From an uncultured archaeon (GTDB lineage: Archaea; Iainarchaeota; Iainarchaeia; Iainarchaeales; 1-14-0-10-31-34): a DNA stretch of 54,741 bases. Below the pieces are notes generated by a model. The model was not told where the DNA came from and did no database searches. It was given only the letters and a program-made list of their open reading frames with translations. The DNA is taken from NCBI GenBank assembly GCA_964442255.1, contig CAYTYC010000007.1, forward strand, positions 1-54,741, read 5' to 3'. Positions within the stretch are counted from its first letter, which is position 1; each line of letters begins with the position of its first letter. A program made the translations under genes and the position numbers. Below, in pieces: positions 18,601 through 28,607 of the stretch.

Positions 18601-21600
18601 TTTCGGGCTGGGAAAACACCACACCATTAACCCAGAACTCGGTTTGGATTTCCTTAAGCGGCTCGTTGAATTCGTCTTTCACGGCCACAGTCATCTGAAA
18701 TGGCTCAAAAGGATTCAGTTCAGCCGGGGAAATTGTGATGTAAAGCTGTGCCTCGCCCTGAACCTTTAATGGAACCTTGCAGGAGGAAAACACGTCCACT
18801 GCAGGCAAAACATCAAGCCAGACTGAAGTTCTGTCGGAAACTTCCCCAAAGGAAACAGGGGCGAAAGAGGTTTTGCCTTCAACAGAGTATCCTGAAAGGA
18901 AATCAAACGCAAATTCCGGTGTTGTGCTCTCCCCTCCCGTCAGTTCGCCTGAAGCAGATTCACTTGGGGAAAGGAAGCCGTAGTCCCTGAAAACCAAGTC
19001 CTCCGCAGCCAGGCCGGAAGCTGTTTTGTTTGAAACCTTCAGTGCTGAATCTGGATTGTCTTCCGCGGAATTGTTAAGTGAAAAATTCCAGCCGTAAAGG
19101 CAATCCATTTTCACCTTATGCAGGGAAAAGGACTCTGTGCTGAAATCCTCGGGCTGGCAGCCCTGAACATTTTCCTTGGAGTAAAGGGATTCAGTGAAAC
19201 AAAACCCGTCTTCACTGCCGCCCTGGTTGCAGTTCATTTTCAAAGCGTAAACCCTTGCGCCGGAGTAAAGGAATTCGTTAAAGCTCCTGCCCGCAGAATC
19301 CCCTGGGTCAAAGAAAACGTTTTCCTCAGAATCATCTATTATGAGCATGCGGTAATGCAGCTGCATTCCGCTGAAATCCAGCACCCCTTCCTTCAGCGTG
19401 ACCTGAACCGAAACCATCAAAGAGCTCACCCTTTTATCACCCAACCCGCCCCAAGACAAAAGGGACCATTTTGCGGGGTCCGCGGAAGTTGCCCTGGATG
19501 TTTGCGTGTCGTTCTGGTGGTTTGCGGAGGAGTACTCCGCGGAAAAGTGGGTTGACCGCAGTTCGGACGCATTGAAGGGCGCCTCCACACGCGTAATCAC
19601 AAGCGGATCATCCGCAATTGCGCCCGGCTTTCCTGTGCGGAAATGCGATTCAATGTACGCCGGATCGGAGTCAAGGTCAAAAGAGGACAGGAACCTGAAC
19701 TTGTACGCCTTGCCTAACTCAAATTCCCCGTTTAAAACACGGCTGTCGGATTCATCCAATACTTCAACAAGCTTGATGTAAGGGTCGGTGAAGATTTCAT
19801 CCAGCGAAGAAGGCCTCAAAAGGACCTCCCTCTGCACGGTTATTCCCTTGGAGACATGAATTTTTTCGGTTGCGGTTGCGTCATACCCCTCCGCCCACAA
19901 GACAGCGAAAACCTCTGTTCCTGTTTCTCCCGCGGGAAAAAAGAAGCTGTCCTCGAATTCATTGAAGCCGTAATTGAACACCTGTTCGCCGGTGAAGGCG
20001 TTAAAGAAGTTTGCGTCAATGCCGCTTACGGCAATCCCTGACTCCGAGTCAAATACATTCAGTTTCAGGCCGCCTGTTTTCAGGCGCATTGCAACAGAGT
20101 ACTGGGCGGACTTGTTTTCGTCCACTAATTTTGTTGCGGAGTTTCCCTCATAATAGTTGGCTCGCGCAACCGCATAATAATTGCCTTTCCTTACCCCCTC
20201 AATTGTCGCTATTCCCGAAAGCAGGCTTGGCTTTGCAGCGGCATAGCCCGCAAGCCTGTTCGCTTTTTCCCCTTCACTTGCGCCGTAGTAAAGGAAAACC
20301 TTTGTGTCTCCGGGGGGAAGCTCCGCGAATCCTGTTTCCTCATTGAATTTTTTAACCGACACAACGGCCTTTCCCGGGAGAGGTGTCGGGGGAGGCTTGC
20401 AGTCCTCAAAGTCCTCCAAATCAGTTAAGCCGTCGCCGTCGTCGTCCCTGTTGTTGTTGCATATTTCTTTTCCCCAGCATTCCGGGTCATCCAGGTCAAC
20501 CAAACCGTCGCCGTCGTTGTCTTTTCCGTCACCGCACATTTCTTTGTACCAGCAGTCCTCGTCCGCCTCGTCAATTTTTCCGTCACCATCATCATCCAAA
20601 CCGTTGTCGCATATTTCAACAGGCACAGGGTCAAGGAAAATGTTCACGTCAGCCCCGGCATGGAAGTACTCAATTTCATCGAAAGGGTAATAGTCTTCCT
20701 TCATCGCAACAAGCAGGTAATCCCTTTCCTTCCGGACTGCAAAGCTCGCGAAGGAAACGTTTTCCTCTTTCCCAACTAAGCTGCCGTTCGCGTCCTTCAG
20801 CTGGATTTCATCGGCTGTGAGGGCTTCTTCAGTAATTGAATCCCACACCCGAACCTTGATGAAGTAATTTTCGTCAGGGACGCATACCCCTCCCTCACAA
20901 TTTTGCGGAATTTTTTCCACAAACACCTCGAAGATTGTGGGGACGTTTTTCCTTACCTCCAGCACTTCGCTTTCCGCGGGCCAGTACTCATCAGTTTCGT
21001 TTGCGTCGCTCACCGACAGGTAGTAGGAGCCGGTTGCAAGCCCAAAGTCTATTTCGCCGTAGGAATCGGTGTTAATTTCATGGACAGGCGTATCTTCAAT
21101 GCCTTCCTCGAAAACCAGCACCTCAAAAATTTTTTCCACCGGCTCTTCAGTGTTTGCGTCCAAAACCCTTACAAACACGCTTCCCGTGTCCTCCCCTGCA
21201 GGGCACTCCGGATCGTCCCCATCAATCAAACCGTCGCCGTCGTCATCCACCCCATTGGAGCACAGCTCAATAGGGTCATTCACATCGCAGTCAGGGTCCT
21301 CTTCGTCCACCCAGCCGTCTCCGTCATTATCTTCCCCATCATCGCAGACCTCGTCAAAGTACGCCGGTCCAGTGGATTTATGGTAAAGGGTTACAATCTC
21401 GCCGTCAAGCTTTTTCCTGTCAATTTCCCTGAATTTGCTGGTCTCATCCACGGAAACAAGGATTTCCCCGCAATGGTTGTCGTATTTGATGTTCAAAAGC
21501 CCTGTGGAAACCCATTGGGGGTTGGAGCCTGAGCCGGAAAGCACTTCAATTCCGCCTGTTGAAGAAGAGCACTCGAATTCGGCCTTTATCGCGTCAGTTA

Positions 21601-22138
21601 CTGTGAATCCGTCCTCGTCCTTGAAACGGACTTTTTTTGCGGTCCAGTACGTTCCACCCGGGTCATCCCCCCCGCCGGCAAGGAGCTCTATTTTGAAGTG
21701 CTGCAGTTCTTCTTCCAAGGAAGTGCCTTTCCGGTAGTCCGCAAAGCCTTCACGGGAAACCTCAAACAAAAACATTGTTCCAAGCGGGTAGTTCTCCAAA
21801 ACAATTTTTCCGTCCTTGTCAGTTGTTTTTTCCAGCGGCCCGGCTTCATTCACCGTAATCTTCACTGCCTGGCCTGAAACCTTTTCATCCGGGTCCTTTT
21901 CAATTACCGTTAAAACAAGGGTTCCGTTTTCCTGCGGAAAAATTATTCCGCCCCACGGGAAAAAGAAAAGCAAAAGCAAGGCAAGGAGAAGGAGGAGAAG
22001 CAAAACAAAGGAAGGGAAAACCCTGTCAATTGGGTCAATTATTTTGTGGACTGGAATGAACTTGTTTATTTTGTCCAGTGCAGCGTAATAGCGGTCCTCA
22101 AAGAAAAAATAAAAGTCCCTTGGATTCATTTCATGCAC
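15635..22138 (-). CDS. Giant (2167 aa) membrane-anchored surface protein with acidic Cys/Asp repeats and Ig-like/carboxypeptidase-regulatory-like domains
   Basis: N-terminal TM; five E-x-C-x-(D/N)-x-x-D-x-DGDG-x-x-D...C repeats; beta-sandwich-like segments. Confidence 0.8.
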   Translation of the reverse strand: MHEMNPRDFYFFFEDRYYAALDKINKFIPVHKIIDPIDRVFPSFVLLLLLLLALLLLFFFPWGGIIFPQENGTLVLTVIEKDPDEKVSGQAVKITVNEAGPLEKTTDKDGKIVLENYPLGTMFLFEVSREGFADYRKGTSLEEELQHFKIELLAGGGDDPGGTYWTAKKVRFKDEDGFTVTDAIKAEFECSSSTGGIEVLSGSGSNPQWVSTGLLNIKYDNHCGEILVSVDETSKFREIDRKKLDGEIVTLYHKSTGPAYFDEVCDDGEDNDGDGWVDEEDPDCDVNDPIELCSNGVDDDGDGLIDGDDPECPAGEDTGSVFVRVLDANTEEPVEKIFEVLVFEEGIEDTPVHEINTDSYGEIDFGLATGSYYLSVSDANETDEYWPAESEVLEVRKNVPTIFEVFVEKIPQNCEGGVCVPDENYFIKVRVWDSITEEALTADEIQLKDANGSLVGKEENVSFASFAVRKERDYLLVAMKEDYYPFDEIEYFHAGADVNIFLDPVPVEICDNGLDDDGDGKIDEADEDCWYKEMCGDGKDNDGDGLVDLDDPECWGKEICNNNRDDDGDGLTDLEDFEDCKPPPTPLPGKAVVSVKKFNEETGFAELPPGDTKVFLYYGASEGEKANRLAGYAAAKPSLLSGIATIEGVRKGNYYAVARANYYEGNSATKLVDENKSAQYSVAMRLKTGGLKLNVFDSESGIAVSGIDANFFNAFTGEQVFNYGFNEFEDSFFFPAGETGTEVFAVLWAEGYDATATEKIHVSKGITVQREVLLRPSSLDEIFTDPYIKLVEVLDESDSRVLNGEFELGKAYKFRFLSSFDLDSDPAYIESHFRTGKPGAIADDPLVITRVEAPFNASELRSTHFSAEYSSANHQNDTQTSRATSADPAKWSLLSWGGLGDKRVSSLMVSVQVTLKEGVLDFSGMQLHYRMLIIDDSEENVFFDPGDSAGRSFNEFLYSGARVYALKMNCNQGGSEDGFCFTESLYSKENVQGCQPEDFSTESFSLHKVKMDCLYGWNFSLNNSAEDNPDSALKVSNKTASGLAAEDLVFRDYGFLSPSESASGELTGGESTTPEFAFDFLSGYSVEGKTSFAPVSFGEVSDRTSVWLDVLPAVDVFSSCKVPLKVQGEAQLYITISPAELNPFEPFQMTVAVKDEFNEPLKEIQTEFWVNGVVFSQPETGETGIVQQNFDSMWPASQVLVRVFDPRTSGWFEKAFTVKDSYLFEYCPEPFDSCPPSLEFLAEYDFTGVKSRQILVENLSAAEISIESLSLSFDRNPESPALLEEEAMLAVLQEFAETEIPVNGTALIDLNLMLNLDETLLLTENKTRSGTLTVNVAFGETKELSDDFTVPFTATIFARPDSGIRVSDSSETVLTDENPLVFSFYPGIPEEALEKKKTFNLKLLSKNISPYLEGLNRSFDVNVYLIDLSESSPDELDWLAMYSVLSESEGTPIYSGRLNKADIDAHSGLDIELPAILSGEAFEAGESSSKLYHLTVSVKDSSAPEGEDISFVSVPFRVEITKLGDLIELSPDELEFSFVHSEVEKGAGADSVAKQLTVKNISDYMLEITVTPAFADPSGRLAEALVDYLGPPVLAPGEERKLEVKLPLSPIGKTFGGSATLRGSVAVEFELLEAAGFNGEKSVPAKAVLTPGEISISPEGFSSVSCLGMGALNKEGTNFDVSFSIGGCGTALGPGDCRDGANALPRVDFTWDWDEFGLNSDNLTVCDGGNEDFIFCDSAQFLMAVSHRLDEFHETGDENLLSFSSYLIQDAMPKEFFLDFAGWTSGTDFFGSPTVMKSGGALFNALMDGKVRRYPWQLPDAGLYSVELEFSSETAKQNFIEGEGLGTRGKINIVVGLLSPAGNIEGLTQSVFYYLPFDGEIGLKGEEFTRKGYGLRFANNSGPLPLNENYLALDTTGDEPAQATLISTRYTDLETLNSEKRGVMLDLRRSTSGATRTLDFFPSTPSPLLLELNLEEIREEKTAAVFYSLLKGEGSFSAGSSLLSWQLHGAECRDFSGGSERVLQDLLTSSADSSLFSSENASLAGTAYKLQWLSPQLTGWESLSSVAYISSLEPGVKLELFQPKEGTSAFKTVALRNAEGGSVEQSGTVELNGFGSGDTVNTLQDVFDLVKAGYACVKDSGNSSVFRWNEDVLIEELGGIETTDCAN

Positions 22139-24032
22139 CGCCTAACCCCTGCTTTTTCCAGGTGTAAAAATAAAATTCAAAGTTTTCGGTGTTCACTCCA
22201 TCCGAGACCTGCACCCTTGCAAGGTAAATCTTGTGCCACTGGAGCTTGTCCTCCGCAACAAATTCAAGTTTAGTGAACAAAGGCTTTCCTTCCTCCGTGA
22301 AAATGCCGCCATCAAACGATTTAACCGCTGAATTGCCTTCAGGGTCAAATATTTCAACCTTTAATTCCGCGCTTATAAGTTCATTTGAGGAACTGCCGCG
22401 CACAAACGCCGTGAAGGGAAGGCTTCCGGAAAAGTATTCAAGCCCAATACATGAAGGCTCCCGCAGGTAGCTTACAAGAAAATCTTTATCAAACCCAAAG
22501 TAAGAGGTTTCGGAAATGGGGTCTCCGGAAGTCAGTGAAGCAGTTCTTTCAAAAGGGATTTCCTCTACTATTCGGGGGTAATCCTCCCTTCCAGGTCCTT
22601 TGAATGTCTTGAACCTTTTTTTGGCTTTGACTAAAACAGTTGAGCCAGCCGAAAATTTGCAGGTGTCCATTAAAAGGCTTTCCTCTAATTCAAAAACCGT
22701 TTCATGCGGAAAGCGAAGTTCCTGTTCCCTGCTTGAGTCCTTCAATTCAAAGTTTTTTGCCCTCACAAGCTTTGGCGCGGCACCGGAGAAACTGGTTAAA
22801 AGGATGCCCTTGCTTTCCCCGTCAACCCCGTCCACAGCATACTTTCCCAATTTGCCCTCATACTTTAAGGCAGCCAAGCCTTTCTCGCCCCCAAAAGAGG
22901 AAAAGGAAATTTTCGCCCCTACCGGGTTTTCAATGCTTTTAATCTGAATTTGCCCTGCGTCTCCGCCGTTGCCCCCATTTCCGCCGTTAGTTGCATGGCC
23001 TCCTCCCCCTTCTTTTCCTCCCGTTCCCCCAGCACCGCCGTCTGAAAGAATGATTAAGGCTGAAGCATCTGCAACCAACTCAAGGCTTCCAATTACGGTT
23101 ACATCCCCTCCAAAACCCGCAGACCCTGCGTGGCCTCCATCATCATTGGCATGGCCTTTAGTTTGGTTTGCTCCGTTGCCCCCGTTACCGCCAGAACCGC
23201 CTTTAGATGATACAAACATAGTTTCACCAGAAACAATAAGTGACCCGCCAAAAACTATTTCCCCCGCTTTTCCTCCAAACCCCCCATAGCCCCCGCCATT
23301 CTTCGAATCTCCCTCGGATGCTCCGTCGTCTGCTCCGTGGCCTCCATTGCCGCCAAAACTATTCACCGTAAAATCCCCGCTCCTCACTTCAACCTTTTCA
23401 TTGAATGAAATTTTTCCGCCAAAGCCTCCGTGGCCCCCGTCACCTGCACGCCTGCTTTTGGTGCCAATACCTCTGCCAGCTTTTCCGTCCGCACCATTCG
23501 CCAGTATGCTTCCTCCTCCCTCCACAATTAAAGGGGCATTAAAGGAAATATTTTGAGCAGTTCCCCCGTAACACCCGCTGCAATTTCTCTCGTTTGCATT
23601 GCCCCACAAGCCGCTTACTTCATCCCACTTAAGATAGGCTTCATCGTTTTTTGTTTCAATTATGCCTCCTTCCAAAAAAATTTCCCCAATGCTTTCGTCA
23701 AAAACAAGGTCTTTTTCCGGGGCGTTTTTCAGCATGCCTTTAATTGAAAGGCGGACAAGGGTGTTAGGGAGGCTGGAAGAAAATCCATCAGCCACTTTAA
23801 TCACTGAAGATTCCGCAACGCAAACCGAATCAGCGGGAATTTCAACAACCTTCAGGAAGGATTTTCCTTCAACTGGCTCAGGGAGTTCGGTCACCGGAGA
23901 TTCAAACTCAATAAGGCAGCCGGCCTCCTCATTGACATCAATTGAGCCCTCAAAAGGGTTTCTCAAAGCAGAAGCAGAGGCTGAAGAAAAAAGCAGCAGG
24001 AAAAAAGCCAGTGCAAAAAATTTTTTTTTCAT
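22131..24032 (-). CDS. Secreted glycine-rich protein
   Basis: Signal peptide; repeated GGxGGxGG tracts alternating with short hydrophobic strands. Confidence 0.75.
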   Translation of the reverse strand: MKKKFFALAFFLLLFSSASASALRNPFEGSIDVNEEAGCLIEFESPVTELPEPVEGKSFLKVVEIPADSVCVAESSVIKVADGFSSSLPNTLVRLSIKGMLKNAPEKDLVFDESIGEIFLEGGIIETKNDEAYLKWDEVSGLWGNANERNCSGCYGGTAQNISFNAPLIVEGGGSILANGADGKAGRGIGTKSRRAGDGGHGGFGGKISFNEKVEVRSGDFTVNSFGGNGGHGADDGASEGDSKNGGGYGGFGGKAGEIVFGGSLIVSGETMFVSSKGGSGGNGGNGANQTKGHANDDGGHAGSAGFGGDVTVIGSLELVADASALIILSDGGAGGTGGKEGGGGHATNGGNGGNGGDAGQIQIKSIENPVGAKISFSSFGGEKGLAALKYEGKLGKYAVDGVDGESKGILLTSFSGAAPKLVRAKNFELKDSSREQELRFPHETVFELEESLLMDTCKFSAGSTVLVKAKKRFKTFKGPGREDYPRIVEEIPFERTASLTSGDPISETSYFGFDKDFLVSYLREPSCIGLEYFSGSLPFTAFVRGSSSNELISAELKVEIFDPEGNSAVKSFDGGIFTEEGKPLFTKLEFVAEDKLQWHKIYLARVQVSDGVNTENFEFYFYTWKKQGLGGA

Positions 24033-24038
24033 TTCAAA

Positions 24039-25775
24039 TCACGGTTTAAATGGATAGCTTCTGGGGGAGCTTTCCGACTGTGCCTCCAAAACCATTTCGG
24101 CAGCATAAGAATTTCCAGCCAAAACATTCAGTGCCTTTATTGCATCAAAGGGGAAAAAAAAAGGAAAAGAAGAATTAACGGGAAACAAGGCAAAAGACAA
24201 ATTTATCAGCCCGTTGGAAGACGTTTTGCTGTCAAGCAAAACCTGCTTTTCAATCCCTGAACCTGAAAACGAAAAATCATTTAGCCTGGTTTCAACCGGG
24301 TTTCGCTCCGCATCAACCGAATAAGAGAAAAAAGAAAAAACCACCGGAATCGGCTCTTCACTTAAGGGGGCTGCAGGGCAACCGGTTGTGCCGGCCGGGG
24401 AAAAAGAACCCGGAAGGACTGTAGCGGAAACTGAGCCTGATTCAATTAAAGGGAGCAATTCCTCATTGAATCTGTAGGGGTCGCGGACAAAAAACCTGAA
24501 TTTTTCCGCGGAAAGGTTCAAAGAATCCAGGGAATAAGTGCAGGAACGGAAAACAACAGCGGAAGAGCTTTTAATTGTTGAATTAAATACTGGATTGTCT
24601 GATTCCGCAGGAGCGTTTACTTCAATTTCCGCGCCCTCAATTGCCGCAGGAAGCAGCCCAGTGTAAGAATTGCGGGCAAGCACAATATTTCCCCTTGTTC
24701 CGGGGCTGCCGTCAATGCGTTCAATGTAATAGCGCCTTGGCTCTCCGCCGGTTCCTTCGCCCCCTCCAAGTGATTTAACTGAAAAAATGGAGCCAGAGGA
24801 ATTGTCAGCATCCAAAATTGTTATTGCTCCGGCATTGCCTCCGTTTCCTCCTTCAGGAAGAAAGTTTTCGCATCCTCCTCCCGCATCGCACTGGTTTCCG
24901 CCGTTTCCGCCGTCACCTGCTTTTGAAAGGATTGAAAGGCTGCAGCCGCTTAAAAGCTTCAGGTTTGCGTCAACTTCAATTGGCCCGGAATCTTTCCCGT
25001 CCGCCCCGTGGGAGGCGTTTGAAAGCAACTGCCCTGTTTCCGAGTTAACGTCCCGGTTTGTTCCATTCAATCCGTCAGAGCCGAGGTTCCTTAAGGAAAA
25101 GTAGCCTGTGCATTCAACTGTTTCGGCCTCAATTTTCAATGGAACCCTGTTCCCGGTCACTTCAATTGAGCCTGAGCCAAGGAAAACCTTTTCAAAGCCC
25201 TGAATAATTATCCCGGATTCAGGGGCTGTGCCTGCATTTGTTTCCGGGGCAGGGCTTGAGCCTGAATCAGGCACATCAGTTCCGTCAGGTTCGGTTGGCT
25301 CATCCGGCGCATCGGTTCCACCGGTTCCGCCACAATTTTTCCCCCTGCAGAATCGTGCAAACTCTATCACAAAAAATCCTTCAGGTTCTTTTTCCTGCGC
25401 TTCAAATGCGCCTTCTTCAGGCGCTTCTTCTTCCGAAGTTTCCTGAACCGAAGAAGGGTCAACATAGTTTTTCAGAACAGAATTAGCGGTTATTTTGAGC
25501 CAGAATCTTTTTCCGGTTTCCTCACTGGTTCCAGTGCCTGCCCCGGGCTCTTCGCCCCAGCCGCCGCCGTCAGGCCTGTCTCCCGCAACAGGGCGCAGAA
25601 CCCAGGCTCCGGGCTGCATTGTTGCGTTTCTTCCGGCAATCTCGAAAATGATTACATCACCGGTTGGGCCTGGTTTCTGTGTCGCAGTCCCTTCAGCCAA
25701 GCCTTCAATGTATGCGGCGGAAACGCCGAAAGAAATCATTAAAGCAAACAATAGTGAAAGCAGGAGCCTGAACAT
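24039..25775 (-). CDS. Secreted glycine-rich protein
   Basis: Signal peptide; GDGGNGGN and GGNGGNAG tracts; first gene of a tightly packed three-gene unit. Confidence 0.75.
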   Translation of the reverse strand: MFRLLLSLLFALMISFGVSAAYIEGLAEGTATQKPGPTGDVIIFEIAGRNATMQPGAWVLRPVAGDRPDGGGWGEEPGAGTGTSEETGKRFWLKITANSVLKNYVDPSSVQETSEEEAPEEGAFEAQEKEPEGFFVIEFARFCRGKNCGGTGGTDAPDEPTEPDGTDVPDSGSSPAPETNAGTAPESGIIIQGFEKVFLGSGSIEVTGNRVPLKIEAETVECTGYFSLRNLGSDGLNGTNRDVNSETGQLLSNASHGADGKDSGPIEVDANLKLLSGCSLSILSKAGDGGNGGNQCDAGGGCENFLPEGGNGGNAGAITILDADNSSGSIFSVKSLGGGEGTGGEPRRYYIERIDGSPGTRGNIVLARNSYTGLLPAAIEGAEIEVNAPAESDNPVFNSTIKSSSAVVFRSCTYSLDSLNLSAEKFRFFVRDPYRFNEELLPLIESGSVSATVLPGSFSPAGTTGCPAAPLSEEPIPVVFSFFSYSVDAERNPVETRLNDFSFSGSGIEKQVLLDSKTSSNGLINLSFALFPVNSSFPFFFPFDAIKALNVLAGNSYAAEMVLEAQSESSPRSYPFKP

Positions 25776-25888
25776 CTAAAACCCATTAAATAATTGGATT
25801 AGACTATATATAGTTTACTGTGGGCTAGAAGAGGCAAAAAAACAGCCAAGAAAAACTTTAATAAGGATTGAAAACAACATCTAACCGA

Positions 25889-26365
25889 ATGAAACACGGC
25901 TATGCGATTATTGGGTTTGCCTTGGGGCTGGTTCTGGGGATTTTTTTAGGGTTAATCCTGTTCAGCGGATGCAGCACAGAAGAAAAACAAAGCAAACAAG
26001 GAGAACCAATAACAGAGGGTTTGGAAGGCATAGTGTTTGAAGGAAAAACAATGCCAATAGGGGAAAGCTTTACCCTGGAATTTCCCCCAACAACGGAAAA
26101 AGCCGAAATAAGGCTTTTGGGGATAATTGACAAAAAAACAATTGAAGTGGAATACCCTGATTCGGTTGTGGGGGGAATAGAACACCCTGGACTTTGCACC
26201 AAAAGGGAAGGAAAAAAATATGAAACAGAAATCAGTTCAGGGCAATGCATTCACACAAACTCCTGTGACGGCGGAGTGAAAGGGTGCTTTTCATTCCAAA
26301 AAGAAAACTCTTTCCTTAAAGTAACCTACACAACAGAACAATTCGGCGGGTTACCGCTTCCCTGA
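25889..26365 (+). CDS. Putative lipoprotein
   Basis: Hydrophobic leader ending LFSGC lipobox; four further Cys. Confidence 0.7.
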   Translation: MKHGYAIIGFALGLVLGIFLGLILFSGCSTEEKQSKQGEPITEGLEGIVFEGKTMPIGESFTLEFPPTTEKAEIRLLGIIDKKTIEVEYPDSVVGGIEHPGLCTKREGKKYETEISSGQCIHTNSCDGGVKGCFSFQKENSFLKVTYTTEQFGGLPLP

Positions 26366-26369
26366 AAAT

Positions 26370-28535
26370 TCAAAATTTATCCAAACTGGACTGATTCTTT
26401 TGGGCAGGGGAAAGCTTTGTTATGGACTCCTTTGCAACCTTTTCCCCGAGCTGTTCCTTCACATTAACCGCAACCTTTGGGCCGAGGATTAAGGAAAGGT
26501 CTTTCAGCGGAATTTTTTTCAGGGACGCAATTGACTGAAGCTTTGCGTTAAAGAGTTTCCTTGCCCTCACCCTCCCGATTCCGCGGAACTCGGTCAGGAT
26601 TAAGAGTTCCTCGGTTACGCCGTACTTCAGGCGCTTGCGGAGCTTGTAAAAAAAGGGAAGCGCAGGCTTTTTTTCAATCAGCCTTGCGAGCTCAAAACAG
26701 CAGTAAGCCAGCCAGTCCACAATCCTGAGTTTTGCCTGCAAAATTCCGGGCTGGACATTGTACGCCTTGGACAGGTGTTCCTCCGAGGACTCGTTAATCC
26801 AGTCCTGAAACAAAAGCGAAGCCGAAAACTTCCTCAAAAGTTCGGTGTCAAAAAACATTTCCTCTTCAACATCAACCGGAAGAAGTGATGAGGATTCCTT
26901 CATCTGTTCCCAGAGCTCTGGCTCCCGGCTTTTCGGCACTGAAGGAAGGGGGCGGAGCTCGTGAAGGTCGTTAAGGAGATACAGCGCGGAAAGCTCTTCG
27001 GGCTCCTTTCTTCTAAGAAACTGGAGAATCTTGTATCCGCTTTCAGGGTCAAGGTACAGTTCGGAAACCCTTTTGCCGAGCGGGGTGGCCTTAAACTTTT
27101 TTTCATCAGAGGAAATGAAATCCATTTCCTCCAGTTCGCGGAGAATGAGGCTCATTTTTTCCATCAAAACAGAGGAACCGCGGTTCAGGTGGAAGAAAAA
27201 GGTTTTCGAGAAAAACTTTTCAAGTGCAGCCAGNNNNNNNNNNACAAATTCAGAGGCAATGGCGGAAAGGACATGCGTTCTGAGAACAGGCTCAAAGCCT
27301 AACTGAGAGGAAACAGGTTCAGGGCCGGCGAAAACGTATTCATCAAACAGTTCCTCCTTCTCCAGCTCGTTTCTTGCGAAAAGGATTGCTTCCCCCGAAG
27401 AATCGTACTGCGGCCTTCCAGCCCTTCCGGCAAACTGCTTGTATTCGCGGACAGGAATGCGCTGCATTCCGTAGGCTGTGAAGCGGTAAAGGGAAGGGAC
27501 AAGCACGCGGAACGCCGGCAAATTTAGCCCACTGGAAACCGTAGTTGTAGCTGTAAGAACTTTCAGGTAATGGCTTCTGAATAAATCTTCAATAATTCCC
27601 CTCTGCCCGGAAACAAGCGCGGCATTATGGAACGCCACCCCTTTTTTTATCAGGGAGGAAAGGGTTCTGCACTGTTCAGTCGGGGAACCCAGCGCGTTCT
27701 CCGCTTCAGCAGATTTCCTGAGCAAAAAATCTTTTTCCTTTTCCAAAAGATTTTTCTCCACCAGATTTGAGAGCTTTTTCGCCGCGGAAATGGAGTTCTT
27801 GCGCGTGTTGCAGAAAACAAGTGCCTGCTTGTTTTTCTTTAAGGTGTCTTCAATTAAGGAGGGAAGGGCCTCCTCCTTGGAGCTTACTGGTTCCTTTCTT
27901 TTGTGAAAATCAATTTCAGAGTTAAAGTAAATTCCTTCATGCAGTTTCACAGGGCGGTAATCCGAAAGGACCAACTCGGCGTTCAGCCATTCCGCAAGCT
28001 CTTTTGCGTTAGGGATTGTGGCACTTAACGCAAGGATTTGCATTGAAGGGTTCATCAGCCGGAGTTTGGTTGAAAGGATTTCAATTGTCGGGCCTCTCCC
28101 CGAATCAATCTCGTGAATTTCATCAATCACAAGCAAACCAACCGAATTCAGCCATTCCGCGTTGTGCCTCAAAAGGGAGTCGACCTTTTCATAGGTGGAA
28201 AAGATTGCGTCAAAGTTTTTCAGGTGCCTTGAGCCTGAATCAAAGTCGCCGGTGGAAATCGTGCAGCGTATGTTCAATTCCTTTGAGTACTTTCTCTTGA
28301 ATTCCGTGAAGTGCTCGGAGGCAAGCGCGCGGAGAGGGCAGGCGTAAAGCACTTTCTTGGATTTATTCAGAATGCAGTTCAGGGCGGAAAGCTCTGCGCA
28401 AAGCGTTTTTCCGGAGGCAGTGGGCGCGCTCACCACAATGTTTTTTTCCTTCCAGCCCTTTTTCAGGAAAGCCTTCTGCACCGGGTTAAAGGAAGGCACT
28501 CCCGAAAGCGACAAAACCTGTTTTTCTGCTTCCAT
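26370..28535 (-). CDS. hel308: Ski2-like DNA helicase Hel308 (spans an N gap at 27234-27243)
   Basis: APTASGKT, DEIH, ALSATIPN, AFHNA, QFAGRAGRPQYD and GIGRVRAR; likely start ATG 28535. Confidence 0.95.
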   Translation of the reverse strand: MEAEKQVLSLSGVPSFNPVQKAFLKKGWKEKNIVVSAPTASGKTLCAELSALNCILNKSKKVLYACPLRALASEHFTEFKRKYSKELNIRCTISTGDFDSGSRHLKNFDAIFSTYEKVDSLLRHNAEWLNSVGLLVIDEIHEIDSGRGPTIEILSTKLRLMNPSMQILALSATIPNAKELAEWLNAELVLSDYRPVKLHEGIYFNSEIDFHKRKEPVSSKEEALPSLIEDTLKKNKQALVFCNTRKNSISAAKKLSNLVEKNLLEKEKDFLLRKSAEAENALGSPTEQCRTLSSLIKKGVAFHNAALVSGQRGIIEDLFRSHYLKVLTATTTVSSGLNLPAFRVLVPSLYRFTAYGMQRIPVREYKQFAGRAGRPQYDSSGEAILFARNELEKEELFDEYVFAGPEPVSSQLGFEPVLRTHVLSAIASEFXXXXLAALEKFFSKTFFFHLNRGSSVLMEKMSLILRELEEMDFISSDEKKFKATPLGKRVSELYLDPESGYKILQFLRRKEPEELSALYLLNDLHELRPLPSVPKSREPELWEQMKESSSLLPVDVEEEMFFDTELLRKFSASLLFQDWINESSEEHLSKAYNVQPGILQAKLRIVDWLAYCCFELARLIEKKPALPFFYKLRKRLKYGVTEELLILTEFRGIGRVRARKLFNAKLQSIASLKKIPLKDLSLILGPKVAVNVKEQLGEKVAKESITKLSPAQKNQSSLDKF

Positions 28536-28607
28536 AAAGAAAACCAGTTCAGATGATTTAAAATCCTTAACCAAACGGTTAAAAGCTGTCGTGTATACAG
28601 ATGATAT

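Noticed and set aside
20410..21350. Nucleotide repeats in the giant gene as a CRISPR or DGR template/variable pair
   Set aside because: They are degenerate protein-level DxDGDG repeats; no reverse transcriptase and no adenine-specific mismatch pattern seen.
27234..27243. Disruption of hel308
   Set aside because: A run of N (assembly gap); the reading frame is continuous on both sides.
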